Below are positions 18,723 through 26,999 of a DNA stretch of 64,000 bases, in pieces (the first letter of the stretch is position 1; the number at the start of each line of letters is the position of its first letter). The DNA comes from an uncultured Desulfobacterales bacterium. Its GTDB lineage: Bacteria; Desulfobacterota; Desulfobacteria; Desulfobacterales; Desulfococcaceae. Location of the stretch: assembly GCA_964573705.1 (NCBI GenBank), contig CAZNLT010000009.1:143-64142 (forward strand). Reading direction: 5' to 3'. The notes under the pieces are model-generated. The model ran no database searches, had not been told where the DNA came from, and worked only from the letters and a program-made list of their open reading frames with translations. The position numbers and the translations under genes are program-made.

Positions 18723-18935
18723 ATTCGGTCTTTCGGGTCGGCGCGTCCATGATCTTACCGGTTTACAAAAACCGGCAAAAAAATCGGTGATCCCGATTCG
18801 ATCGATTCGATCAAATGATGTTGCATCCGTCCCGGCGGATATGGTAGCATCCCTTTCGTCCCTTTGAACCGGGCCCTAAATCGGCCCGACCCTTCGACAA
18901 CATCTTATTACGACTCCGAGTTGATATTTTTACAT

Positions 18936-20039
18936 ATGCGGTATTTCTGTTGGTTTGTTCTGGTAATGGTTTTCTTCTTTCCGGCAGCTTCCGTGTCGTC
19001 TGCGGAAGCAATTTCTTCCGACCTGTCGCGTTTTCCTTCTCTGATATCGAGTCTGCGGATCGATCCGCCGATGGATTTCTGTGGGGAGCCGGTTCCGCTG
19101 GGCTATCCGGAAGTTCGGGAGCGTTTGGAAAAGCAGATTCTGCTGGCCCTCTGGGACCGGGCCCAGGTGATTTTGTGGATCAAGCGATCGGGCCGGTATA
19201 TGCCTTATATCGAGAAGATGCTCAAGCAGCACGGTCTTCCCGACGATCTCAAGTATGTCGCCATCGTGGAGAGTGCGCTTCGACCCCATGTCGGGTCTTC
19301 CGCGGGGGCAGTGGGATATTGGCAATTTATCAGATCCACCGGCCAGCGGTACGGGCTTCGCATCGACCGCTATGTGGATGATCGGAGAAATATATTCAAA
19401 TCCACCGAAGCGGCGATCGCCTATTTGAAAAAGCTGTATCAGGATTTCAATTCCTGGACCCTGGCGGCGTCCGCCTACAACATGGGGGAGCGGGGCCTTC
19501 AGAATGCCATCAACGAGCAGAAGACAGCCGACTATTATCATCTCTATCTTCCACTGGAAACCCAGAACTACATACCGAAAATCCTGGCGGTCAAGATGAT
19601 TCTGAGCGATCTGCCCAAATACGGGTTTCACATTTCCCGGAATGACCTCTATACGCCCCTTCAGTTCGACCGGGTGGAGATCGACCTTCCGGATTCGGCC
19701 CATATACAGCTGATCGCCGAAGCCGCCGGGACTTTTTTTAAAACCATCAAAGATCTCAATCCGGAACTCCGGGGCAGTTATCTGACCAAGGGACACCACG
19801 CCGTTCTGATCCCGGAGGGGGCCGCCAAAACCTTTGCCGCCCGATTCAAAAAATTGTATGAAAGTTCCGCAGTCCGAAAAGAAGATGCTGAAAAGATCAC
19901 CCATGTGGTAAAACCGGGAGAGTATCTATCCGGCATCGCAGAAAAATACCGGGTCCCCCTCTCTCATCTGCTTCGCTGGAACAATCTGAATATGGACAGC
20001 AAAATCCATCCCGGAAATCGGCTGATCATCCTCAAATAA
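18936..20039 (+). CDS. Lytic murein transglycosylase (SLT domain) with a C-terminal LysM
   Basis: The ATG at 18936 (MRYFCWFVLVMVFFF) gives a signal peptide. SLT catalytic region AIVESALRP..GAVGYWQF. LysM HVVKPGEYLSGIAEKYRVPLSHLLRWNNL. The track ORF starts earlier at a TTG (18864). Confidence 0.85.
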   Translation: MRYFCWFVLVMVFFFPAASVSSAEAISSDLSRFPSLISSLRIDPPMDFCGEPVPLGYPEVRERLEKQILLALWDRAQVILWIKRSGRYMPYIEKMLKQHGLPDDLKYVAIVESALRPHVGSSAGAVGYWQFIRSTGQRYGLRIDRYVDDRRNIFKSTEAAIAYLKKLYQDFNSWTLAASAYNMGERGLQNAINEQKTADYYHLYLPLETQNYIPKILAVKMILSDLPKYGFHISRNDLYTPLQFDRVEIDLPDSAHIQLIAEAAGTFFKTIKDLNPELRGSYLTKGHHAVLIPEGAAKTFAARFKKLYESSAVRKEDAEKITHVVKPGEYLSGIAEKYRVPLSHLLRWNNLNMDSKIHPGNRLIILK

Positions 20040-20040
20040 G

Positions 20041-21798
20041 TTACAAATAGGGATCTTTGATCCCATCGAACCGGTGCCGGTTCGGGGGGCGGCCCACCGA
20101 TTTGTCCGCCGGGCGGCTTTTCAGGTCCGCTATTCGATAGGCGGACCGGATTTTTCGCTTAAAATTGGTGGCATCCAGGTCCTTGCCCAGAACGATTTCA
20201 AACACCCGCCTCAGTTCCGGCCAAGTGAATTCCTTCGGTACCAGCTCAAATGCGATCGGGGTATAGGAAATCTTCCCCTGAATCCGCGTCAGAAGATCCT
20301 GCAATATTCGATCATGGCCGAAAACGATTCCGTCCCCCCGGGATTCGGCTTCTTTCTGAAACTCCTTCAGGGAAAACCAGGCGGTTTCTGAATCGCCTTC
20401 CGATTCCAAATCCTTCAGGGGCAGCTTTTCCTCCGGGATCAGGGCAAAGTAGGCGGTGGTGATCATACGGTTCAGGGGGGTGTGATCCGGCGGATCATAG
20501 GTCTTCAGTTGTTCCAGATAGATCCCCTCGGGATGAACCAACTCCTCCAGCCGCCGGGTCACGGTCTCCTCCAGGTTTGGGTTTTCAGCCGCCTCCAGAA
20601 AACCGCCCGGTATGGCCCAGGATTCGGAACAGGGGCCGGATTTCCGTTTTACCAACAGCACTTGAAGGGCCTCATCCCGAATGGTACAGACGGCGATGTT
20701 TACGGACACCCTCGGCTTTTCGGGCCCCGGTTCAGGCCGGGCAATTGAATTCGGTGGATTTCGGGACGTGGGCGGCTGATCTCCCTGCGGGTCGGGGTTT
20801 TCGTCGCATTCCCCTTCATACAGGTGATGCTTCCGTATGAACCGCCGCACCGGTTCCGGAACCATCCCCTCAACCGATTCGCCGCATCGGATTTTTTGAC
20901 GGACTTTCGTGGAGCTGATATCCGGCATATCGGCATCGGTCAAGTGGATGTGCGGAGGGCGGGAAAGCAGTCCGTCGTAGCCTTTCAGATCATATCCGGG
21001 ACGCGGCACGATAATGAAGGTGACCATTCGGGCCAGCAGATCGGCATGCTTCCATTTATCGTCGAATTCGAGGACGCAGTCTGAGCCGACCACCATATGA
21101 AAATCGATAATGTCCTTAAAGCCGGGGTCCTGAAGCAGCCGGTTGAAGGTGACGTAGGTTTCACCGCTGAGTTTGTGGTCGATTTCATAGCTGAAGTAGC
21201 GCAGTCGCTCGGTTTCGACCATTCGAATCATTCGGATTCGTTGTTCGGCGTATTCATCATGCTTTTGAAAAGGGTGGCGAAAGGCGGGCATCATCCAGAC
21301 CTGGTTCATGTCCGGAATCTTTTCCAGGACCGTCTCCCCCAGTTTCAGATGGCCATGGGTAATGGGGTTGAAGGACCCGCCCATGATCGCGACCTTTGTT
21401 TTTCGCCGGGGAATCCGCCGTTCATAGAACCGGGCGTAGGGAGTGGTGAAATGGCGGCCGTAGACATCCGAGCGGTCGATATGAAGGTCAAGATTCTGTT
21501 CTCGACAGTAATCGGCTTTGGTCCGATTCCATATTTCCTCATCCATGTAGGGGGACCCCTGAATATAGGTGATCTTCACCCCCCGGGACTTTTGATAAGA
21601 GGTGACGGAGAAAAGGCGGGTCCAGGACAGTCGCAGGTCTTCCCGAAGATATTTTTCGAGGGCCGGGGTGAGTTCTTCTTCGGTCAGCAGGTGAACCTCA
21701 TGGCCGTTTTCCACCAGAAGGCGGGAAAGTTCGGAAAAAAAAGAATTCTTCACCGCCCCCACCTGATGGATATCGATTCCGAGTTTGATCTTTTTCAT
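20041..21798 (-). CDS. nadD: Three-domain fusion: unknown N-terminal domain + nicotinate/nicotinamide-nucleotide adenylyltransferase (NadD-like) + Nudix/winged-helix NrtR-like module
   Basis: 585 aa. aa 134-327 carry GGSFNPITHGH and ISSTKVR (the nucleotidyltransferase HxGH and ISSTxxR motifs). aa 363-505 form a Nudix fold with a degenerate Nudix box (GGFLEAAENPNLEETVTRRLEEL). aa 490-585, IVFGHDRIL..ISYTPIAFELVPKEFTWPELRRVFEIVLGKDLDATNFKRKI, match the NrtR C-terminal wHTH signature. Confidence 0.85.
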   Translation of the reverse strand: MKKIKLGIDIHQVGAVKNSFFSELSRLLVENGHEVHLLTEEELTPALEKYLREDLRLSWTRLFSVTSYQKSRGVKITYIQGSPYMDEEIWNRTKADYCREQNLDLHIDRSDVYGRHFTTPYARFYERRIPRRKTKVAIMGGSFNPITHGHLKLGETVLEKIPDMNQVWMMPAFRHPFQKHDEYAEQRIRMIRMVETERLRYFSYEIDHKLSGETYVTFNRLLQDPGFKDIIDFHMVVGSDCVLEFDDKWKHADLLARMVTFIIVPRPGYDLKGYDGLLSRPPHIHLTDADMPDISSTKVRQKIRCGESVEGMVPEPVRRFIRKHHLYEGECDENPDPQGDQPPTSRNPPNSIARPEPGPEKPRVSVNIAVCTIRDEALQVLLVKRKSGPCSESWAIPGGFLEAAENPNLEETVTRRLEELVHPEGIYLEQLKTYDPPDHTPLNRMITTAYFALIPEEKLPLKDLESEGDSETAWFSLKEFQKEAESRGDGIVFGHDRILQDLLTRIQGKISYTPIAFELVPKEFTWPELRRVFEIVLGKDLDATNFKRKIRSAYRIADLKSRPADKSVGRPPNRHRFDGIKDPYL

Positions 21799-21803
21799 CG
21801 ACT

Positions 21804-22583
21804 CTATTTCGCTGCTTCCTGAATCGGGGCGATTCGGGCCCCGGCGGATTTCATTCGATCAAAAAATTCATCGGCCGCCTCCTCGAACCCCTTTACCGGC
21901 GACATGGCATCCGACAGAAGCAGGATTTTTTCGGCGATTTCGGGATTGTCACTGTACCGGACGATATCGCTGACCGTGTCGTTGACACAGTGGGAGGATG
22001 CCTCGCCGGCCACCCAGATCTCGTCGGCCTGGTCCAGAGATCGAATCAGGGCGGTGTTGAGCTGGGTATACGGGTTTCCCGGCACCTCCACCGCCGCCTT
22101 GACGGCCGAAAAATGTTCGGTGAACCGGTTTTCTCCCTTCAACACGAAATCGAGTTCATGACGACGCTCCCGCCATCGGTTGAGCACCTCGAGCAGGTCC
22201 GGAAAGATTTCATGCCCTCGGGTGCCGATCAGGCAGTGAAACGGCCAGATGACATGGGTCTCGATCGTTTTCATGTATTTTTCGGACCACTCCTGATAGT
22301 CGGGATTGGCGGCCCGCCAGGCGCCGTTTTCAATATCCGCATAGGAGATCCGGGTGAAGGGCTCCGGGTGATTTCCGTCTGTATCGGTCCACCAGATGGG
22401 GTGGGCGATATGGATTTTATTGTGGGAATCCTGGGTGGCGGTGATCCGATCCATTTTGTTTTCATGATCGGCGATAAAATCCGCCAATCGCTTCATGTCT
22501 TTTTCGGCGCCGTTCACATACATTTCGCCTGAAGGATCACAAAAAGAATTCTGTGCGTCGATAATCAATAGGTGGATGGTCAT
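21804..22583 (-). CDS. pncA: Nicotinamidase / isochorismatase-family cysteine hydrolase
   Basis: 259 aa. LLIIDAQNSFC, TQDSH, WPFHCLIGTRGHE and VAGEASSHCV (catalytic Cys region). The start overlaps the pncB stop by 4 nt. Confidence 0.8.
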   Translation of the reverse strand: MTIHLLIIDAQNSFCDPSGEMYVNGAEKDMKRLADFIADHENKMDRITATQDSHNKIHIAHPIWWTDTDGNHPEPFTRISYADIENGAWRAANPDYQEWSEKYMKTIETHVIWPFHCLIGTRGHEIFPDLLEVLNRWRERRHELDFVLKGENRFTEHFSAVKAAVEVPGNPYTQLNTALIRSLDQADEIWVAGEASSHCVNDTVSDIVRYSDNPEIAEKILLLSDAMSPVKGFEEAADEFFDRMKSAGARIAPIQEAAK

Positions 22584-23767
22584 GGTCGGTCTCCTTTTTG
22601 AATCTTTTCTGTAAAGACGGTTTTCAAATAGTTGAGAAAGCTTTCATCCTTGCACATCTGCTTTCCGGGGCTGTCTGAAATTTTGGCCACCGGAGATCCC
22701 TGGCATCGGGTCAGCTTCAGGACGATCTGAACCGGCTTGCCTGCCACATCGTTGGTGAGATTGGTGCCGATGCCGAAAAAGGTGCGAATGCGGCCTTTGA
22801 AATGGCGGGCCAGTTCGACCGCCTTCGGAAAGGAGAGACCGTCGCTGAAGACCGCCCGTTTGGCCCGGGGATCGATGCGCAGCCTTTCATAGTGGGCGAT
22901 CAGCCGGTCCCCCCATTCAAAGGGATCGCCGCTGTCGTGGCGGCAGCCGTCGAAAAGCTTGGCGAAGTACATGTCGAAATCCTGCAAAAAAGCGTCAAAC
23001 CCCACCGTATCGGAGAGGGCGATTCCCAAATCCCCCCGGTATTCCTGGGCCCAGTGCTCCAGGGCGAACTGCTGGCTGTCGGACAATCTGGGGCCCAAGG
23101 CCTGGGCCGCCATAATCCATTCATGGGCCATGGTGCCGATGGGGGTGATGTCGTGCTTTTTGGCGAAGAGCACATTGGAGGTGCCGGAGAGATGGCCGGG
23201 GATTTCCGCTTTCAGGGCAGCGATGATCCGATCCTGCCATTCTCTGGAAAAACGCCGCCGGGCGCCGAAATCGGAAAAGGTGAATCCCAGGTTTTCCGCC
23301 TCGGAATTTTTGACGATCTCAATTTTTTCCTGAAGCTTTTTTTCGGGGATCGTGAAATCCGGCGCCGGGTGCAGGTCCCGAAAATAGATTTCATTGACGG
23401 TGGCCAGCACCGGCACCTCAAACAGGATGGTGTGGAGCCAGGGTCCTTGGATGCGCAGGAAAAATTCCCCGTTTTCTACCCCGAGCCGAACGAAGTCTTT
23501 CTGGAAGTGAAAGAGCCTCAGAAACTGGATGAAGTCTTCTTTCAGAAACCGCAGGGTTCGCAGGTAATCCAGTTCTTCCTGAGTGAACCGCAGGCCGCAC
23601 ATATGGTCGATCTCTTTCCGAACCGTTTCCGCGATGGGGCTGAGGTCGACCCCGGGAGTGCGGCATTTGAATTCATACTCCACCGTGGCCCAGGGAAACT
23701 GGTGCAAGACCCCCTGCATCATGGTCAGTTTGTACAGATCGGTGTCCAGCAGGGATTCAATGATCAT
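22580..23767 (-). CDS. pncB: Nicotinate phosphoribosyltransferase
   Basis: 395 aa. N-terminal SLLDTDLYKLTMMQ, GTSNVLFAKKH, PIGTMAHEWIMA. Confidence 0.93.
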   Translation of the reverse strand: MIIESLLDTDLYKLTMMQGVLHQFPWATVEYEFKCRTPGVDLSPIAETVRKEIDHMCGLRFTQEELDYLRTLRFLKEDFIQFLRLFHFQKDFVRLGVENGEFFLRIQGPWLHTILFEVPVLATVNEIYFRDLHPAPDFTIPEKKLQEKIEIVKNSEAENLGFTFSDFGARRRFSREWQDRIIAALKAEIPGHLSGTSNVLFAKKHDITPIGTMAHEWIMAAQALGPRLSDSQQFALEHWAQEYRGDLGIALSDTVGFDAFLQDFDMYFAKLFDGCRHDSGDPFEWGDRLIAHYERLRIDPRAKRAVFSDGLSFPKAVELARHFKGRIRTFFGIGTNLTNDVAGKPVQIVLKLTRCQGSPVAKISDSPGKQMCKDESFLNYLKTVFTEKIQKGDRP

Positions 23768-23852
23768 GGTCCGGCTCCTGTAAAAAAAGAAAAATGAGCG
23801 GGGTGTGATGGGTCCCCGCTGTTCTCAACCTGATACATCGGCGGGCGCTTGT

Positions 23853-23887
23853 CAAATATTTTTGGTAAAAATAACTAAAAATATTTG
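23853..23887. repeat. Perfect 11-bp inverted repeat CAAATATTTTT-N13-AAAAATATTTG in the pncB / enoyl-CoA hydratase divergent region
   Basis: Read directly from the sequence. It is nested inside an outer inverted pair CTTGTCAAA (23848-23856) / TTTGACAAG (23924-23932), each of which contains a TTGACA box facing outward. Confidence 0.7.
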
Positions 23888-23992
23888 CGGATTTTTCGAT
23901 AGCTTGAAAAAAGTGGAATTTCCTTTGACAAGCCGGGGACCCGGCGATAAAGCAGGTGGATGAAAAGTGAACCCTGAAAAGGAGCAGAATCC

Positions 23993-24760
23993 ATGGATTT
24001 CGAGTGTATCCTGTATGAAAAAGATGCCGGGATTGCGGTTATTCGGCTGAACCGGCCCCGGGTCATGAATGCCATGAACAAGCAGCTGTGGGTCGATTTT
24101 CAGGCCGCGCTCACGGATGCTCGGGAGGATGCCGAGGTCAAGGCGGTCATCGTCACCGGAGAAGGCCGGGCGTTTTCCACCGGCGCCGATCTGAAGGAAT
24201 CCAAAACCCGAACCATAGAAGCCTATCGGGCGTATCTGGAAGAACTTCAGGAAGCCTCCCGAATGATCCTTCGGTTTGAAAAGCCGACCATCGCGGCGCT
24301 GAACGGATACGCGCTGGGGTCCGGGTATGAACTGGCCCTGGCCTGCGACATCCGCATCGCGGCGGAAGACGCTCAGATCGGTTCTCCCGAGGCCCGGGTC
24401 GCCTCTTCGGTGACCGGCGGCGCCTTTCGTCTGATTCAGGACCTGATCGGCCCGGGAAAAGCCAGGGAGCTACTGTTTACGGCGGAGAACATCGACGGCC
24501 GGGAGGCGGAACGGATCGGCCTGGTGAACCGGTCGGTTCCGGCGGACCGGCTCATGGATGCGGCCCGCGAGATGGCCGGGAAGATCGCCGCCAATTCCGG
24601 GTTTTCCATTAAGATAATCAAAAAGGGGCTTCGCATGGCCCAGAGCGAGGTGAGCCTGGAGGCCCTGATGGATTTCGAAATCGAGGCCTGCCTGGCCTGC
24701 GTCTCCACCAAAGAACGCGAAGCCTCACTGAAACACTTCGAGGACCGGAAGAAGCACTGA
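23993..24760 (+). CDS. Enoyl-CoA hydratase/isomerase (crotonase family)
   Basis: 255 aa. IAVIRLNRPRVMNAMN, VIVTGEGRAFSTGADLKE, PTIAALNGYALGSGYELALACDIRIA. Confidence 0.92.
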   Translation: MDFECILYEKDAGIAVIRLNRPRVMNAMNKQLWVDFQAALTDAREDAEVKAVIVTGEGRAFSTGADLKESKTRTIEAYRAYLEELQEASRMILRFEKPTIAALNGYALGSGYELALACDIRIAAEDAQIGSPEARVASSVTGGAFRLIQDLIGPGKARELLFTAENIDGREAERIGLVNRSVPADRLMDAAREMAGKIAANSGFSIKIIKKGLRMAQSEVSLEALMDFEIEACLACVSTKEREASLKHFEDRKKH

Positions 24761-24789
24761 ATTGAATACCGGGTGAAGGAGAACATAAA

Positions 24790-26952
24790 ATGGCAATAGA
24801 CCAGGTCTTGAAAGCGGAATCCGTGGCCATTGTCGGCGCATCCAAAAACGAAACCAAACGCGGATTTCAGGCCATACGGACCTTGCTGGATGAAAATTAC
24901 GAGGGCAGAATTTTTCCGGTCAACCCCAAACTCAAGAATATCCTTGGGCTGAAATGCTATCCGAAGGTTTCGGATATCGAAGACCCGGTGGATATGGCCC
25001 TGATCACCACGCCGGCCAAGACCATTCCGTCGGTATTAAATGACTGCGGCAAAAAAGGGGTGCGCGGGGTGGTCATCATCGCCGGGGGATTCCGGGAAAC
25101 CGGCGCCGAAGGCGAGCTTCTGGAAAAAGAGATCGTGGAGGTCGCCCGCAAAAACGATATCCGGCTGATCGGCCCCAACACCTCGGGTATGATGAACCTG
25201 ACCATGAACATGAACCTGGTGGGGCTGCGGGAGGTGCCCAAGGGCGATATCGGCCTGCTCTCCCAGAGCGGCAACATGGCCCTGACCCTGATCACCGAAG
25301 CCAAACTCAAGAGCCTCAACGGGTTTTCCTACTATGTGGGGGTGGGAAACGAGGCCGACATCAATTTTCATGAATATCTGGAATTTTTTCAGGATGATCC
25401 CAACACCCGGGCCATTCTGATGTATGTGGAAGGGATGCGCGACGGCCGAAAATTTCTTCAGCAGGCCTATAAAACCACCCTTCAAAAACCGATCGTTCTT
25501 CTCAAAAGCGGTCGATCGGCCACCGGCAAGCGATCCGCCGGCTCTCACACCGGGGCCATGGCCGGGATGTCCGAGGTGGCCCGGTCCGCATTCAAACGGG
25601 CCGGCATCCTGGTCATCGAAAACTCGGACGAGCTTTACCCGGTGGCTGAAACTGTGGCCCGTCAGCCGGTGATCAAAAATAACCGGGTAGCGGTCTTGGC
25701 CGACGGCGGCGGCCATGCCACCATCGCGGCCGACCTCCTGACCGATCTGGGGGTCACCATCCCCGAACTGGCCCCCAAGACCCGGGAAAGCCTCAGAAAA
25801 ATACTGCCGTCCGCGGCCGCCGTGCGAAACCCGGTGGACGTGGCCGGCGGCACCGACGCCGATCCGACCATTTTTGCGGACTGCGCCGATATCCTTCTCA
25901 AGGATGCCAATGTGGGCGGGCTTCTGATCGTGGGGCTTTTCGGCGGATACGGCATTCGGTTTGCCGAAAGCCTGGCCCTGATGGAAGAAGACGCGGCCCA
26001 TCGCATGGGAAAGATGGTCTCCAAACGGAACAAACCCATCGTGGTCCACAGCCTTTACAGCTCCGCAAAACCCCATTCGCTCCATCTGCTTCGGTATTAC
26101 GGCATCACCGTCTACGACTCCCTGGATGTGGCCTGCAAATGCATCGGTTCCCTGGCCGAACGCGGTGAATACCTCAAGGGGTATCATGCCAAAACCAATT
26201 TCGTGTTCAACTGGGAGGCCAAAGCGAAGACCGAGGGCAGAGAGATCATTCGCAAGGCCAGGGCAGAAGGGCGGAACGTGCTTCTGGAGCATGAGGCCAA
26301 GGCCCTGCTGCGGCTGCACGGCGGCGAAAGCGCCGGGGACCGGCTGGCGAGAACCGAAGAAGAGGCGGTCGCCACATTCCAGAGCATCGGCGGGCCGGTG
26401 GCCATGAAGATCGTTTCACCCGATATTCTACACAAAAGCGATGCCAAAGGGGTTCAATTGAACCTCAACTCGGAGGCGGCGGTTCGGGAAGCGTTTACGC
26501 GGATTCTGAAAAACGGACGGGCCTACCGCCCCGATGCCGATATTCGGGGGGTCCTGATTTCCCCCATGGCCGACAATGGGGTGGAAGTCATTATTGGCAC
26601 CAAAATCGACGACCAGTTCGGCCCGGTGATCATGTACGGCCTGGGCGGCATCCTGGTGGAGATCATGAAGGATGTGGCCTTTCGGGTGCTGCCCATTTCC
26701 CCCAATTCCGCCAAGACCATGATCGAGGAGACCAAATCGGCGCCCATTCTGGACGGCGTACGGGGACAGCCTTCGGCGGATAAACGCGCTCTCAGAAATA
26801 CCCTGCTGATGTGTTCCGAACTGATCGAGTCTTACCCCGATATTCAGGAAATGGACCTCAATCCGGTGATCGTGCATGAACGGGGAGTGAGCCTCGTGGA
26901 CGCTCGAATCATTTTGAAACCGCCGTCCGTGAAAACCGATGCGCCGATCTGA
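24790..26952 (+). CDS. ADP-forming acetyl/acyl-CoA synthetase (fused alpha-beta: CoA-binding + ligase-CoA + ATP-grasp)
   Basis: 720 aa. SVAIVGASKNETKRGF (CoA-binding), GPNTSGMMN, SQSGNMA, and a C-terminal ATP-grasp region (LLEHEAKALLRLHG, VAMKIVSPDILHKSDAKGV). Confidence 0.9.
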   Translation: MAIDQVLKAESVAIVGASKNETKRGFQAIRTLLDENYEGRIFPVNPKLKNILGLKCYPKVSDIEDPVDMALITTPAKTIPSVLNDCGKKGVRGVVIIAGGFRETGAEGELLEKEIVEVARKNDIRLIGPNTSGMMNLTMNMNLVGLREVPKGDIGLLSQSGNMALTLITEAKLKSLNGFSYYVGVGNEADINFHEYLEFFQDDPNTRAILMYVEGMRDGRKFLQQAYKTTLQKPIVLLKSGRSATGKRSAGSHTGAMAGMSEVARSAFKRAGILVIENSDELYPVAETVARQPVIKNNRVAVLADGGGHATIAADLLTDLGVTIPELAPKTRESLRKILPSAAAVRNPVDVAGGTDADPTIFADCADILLKDANVGGLLIVGLFGGYGIRFAESLALMEEDAAHRMGKMVSKRNKPIVVHSLYSSAKPHSLHLLRYYGITVYDSLDVACKCIGSLAERGEYLKGYHAKTNFVFNWEAKAKTEGREIIRKARAEGRNVLLEHEAKALLRLHGGESAGDRLARTEEEAVATFQSIGGPVAMKIVSPDILHKSDAKGVQLNLNSEAAVREAFTRILKNGRAYRPDADIRGVLISPMADNGVEVIIGTKIDDQFGPVIMYGLGGILVEIMKDVAFRVLPISPNSAKTMIEETKSAPILDGVRGQPSADKRALRNTLLMCSELIESYPDIQEMDLNPVIVHERGVSLVDARIILKPPSVKTDAPI

Positions 26953-26999
26953 ACCGAACCCCTTCAACCGAAAGCCTATTAACCAGAAAGCATAATAAA

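Noticed and set aside
18796-18814. Tandem CGATTCGAT x2 and the nearby CCGGTTT-acaa-AAACCGG hairpin (18759-18776) after the NtrC-type regulator gene.
   Set aside because: The repeat is only two 9-nt units. The hairpin is A/T-rich and is followed by an A-run rather than a U-run on the relevant strand, so terminator support is insufficient.
23848-23953. The outward-facing TTGACA boxes at 23850-23855 (minus) and 23925-23930 (plus), considered as confident divergent promoters.
   Set aside because: The matching -10 hexamers at 16-18-nt spacing are weak (CAGGTT/TCAGGT leftward, TAAAGC rightward). I report the repeats but do not annotate promoters.
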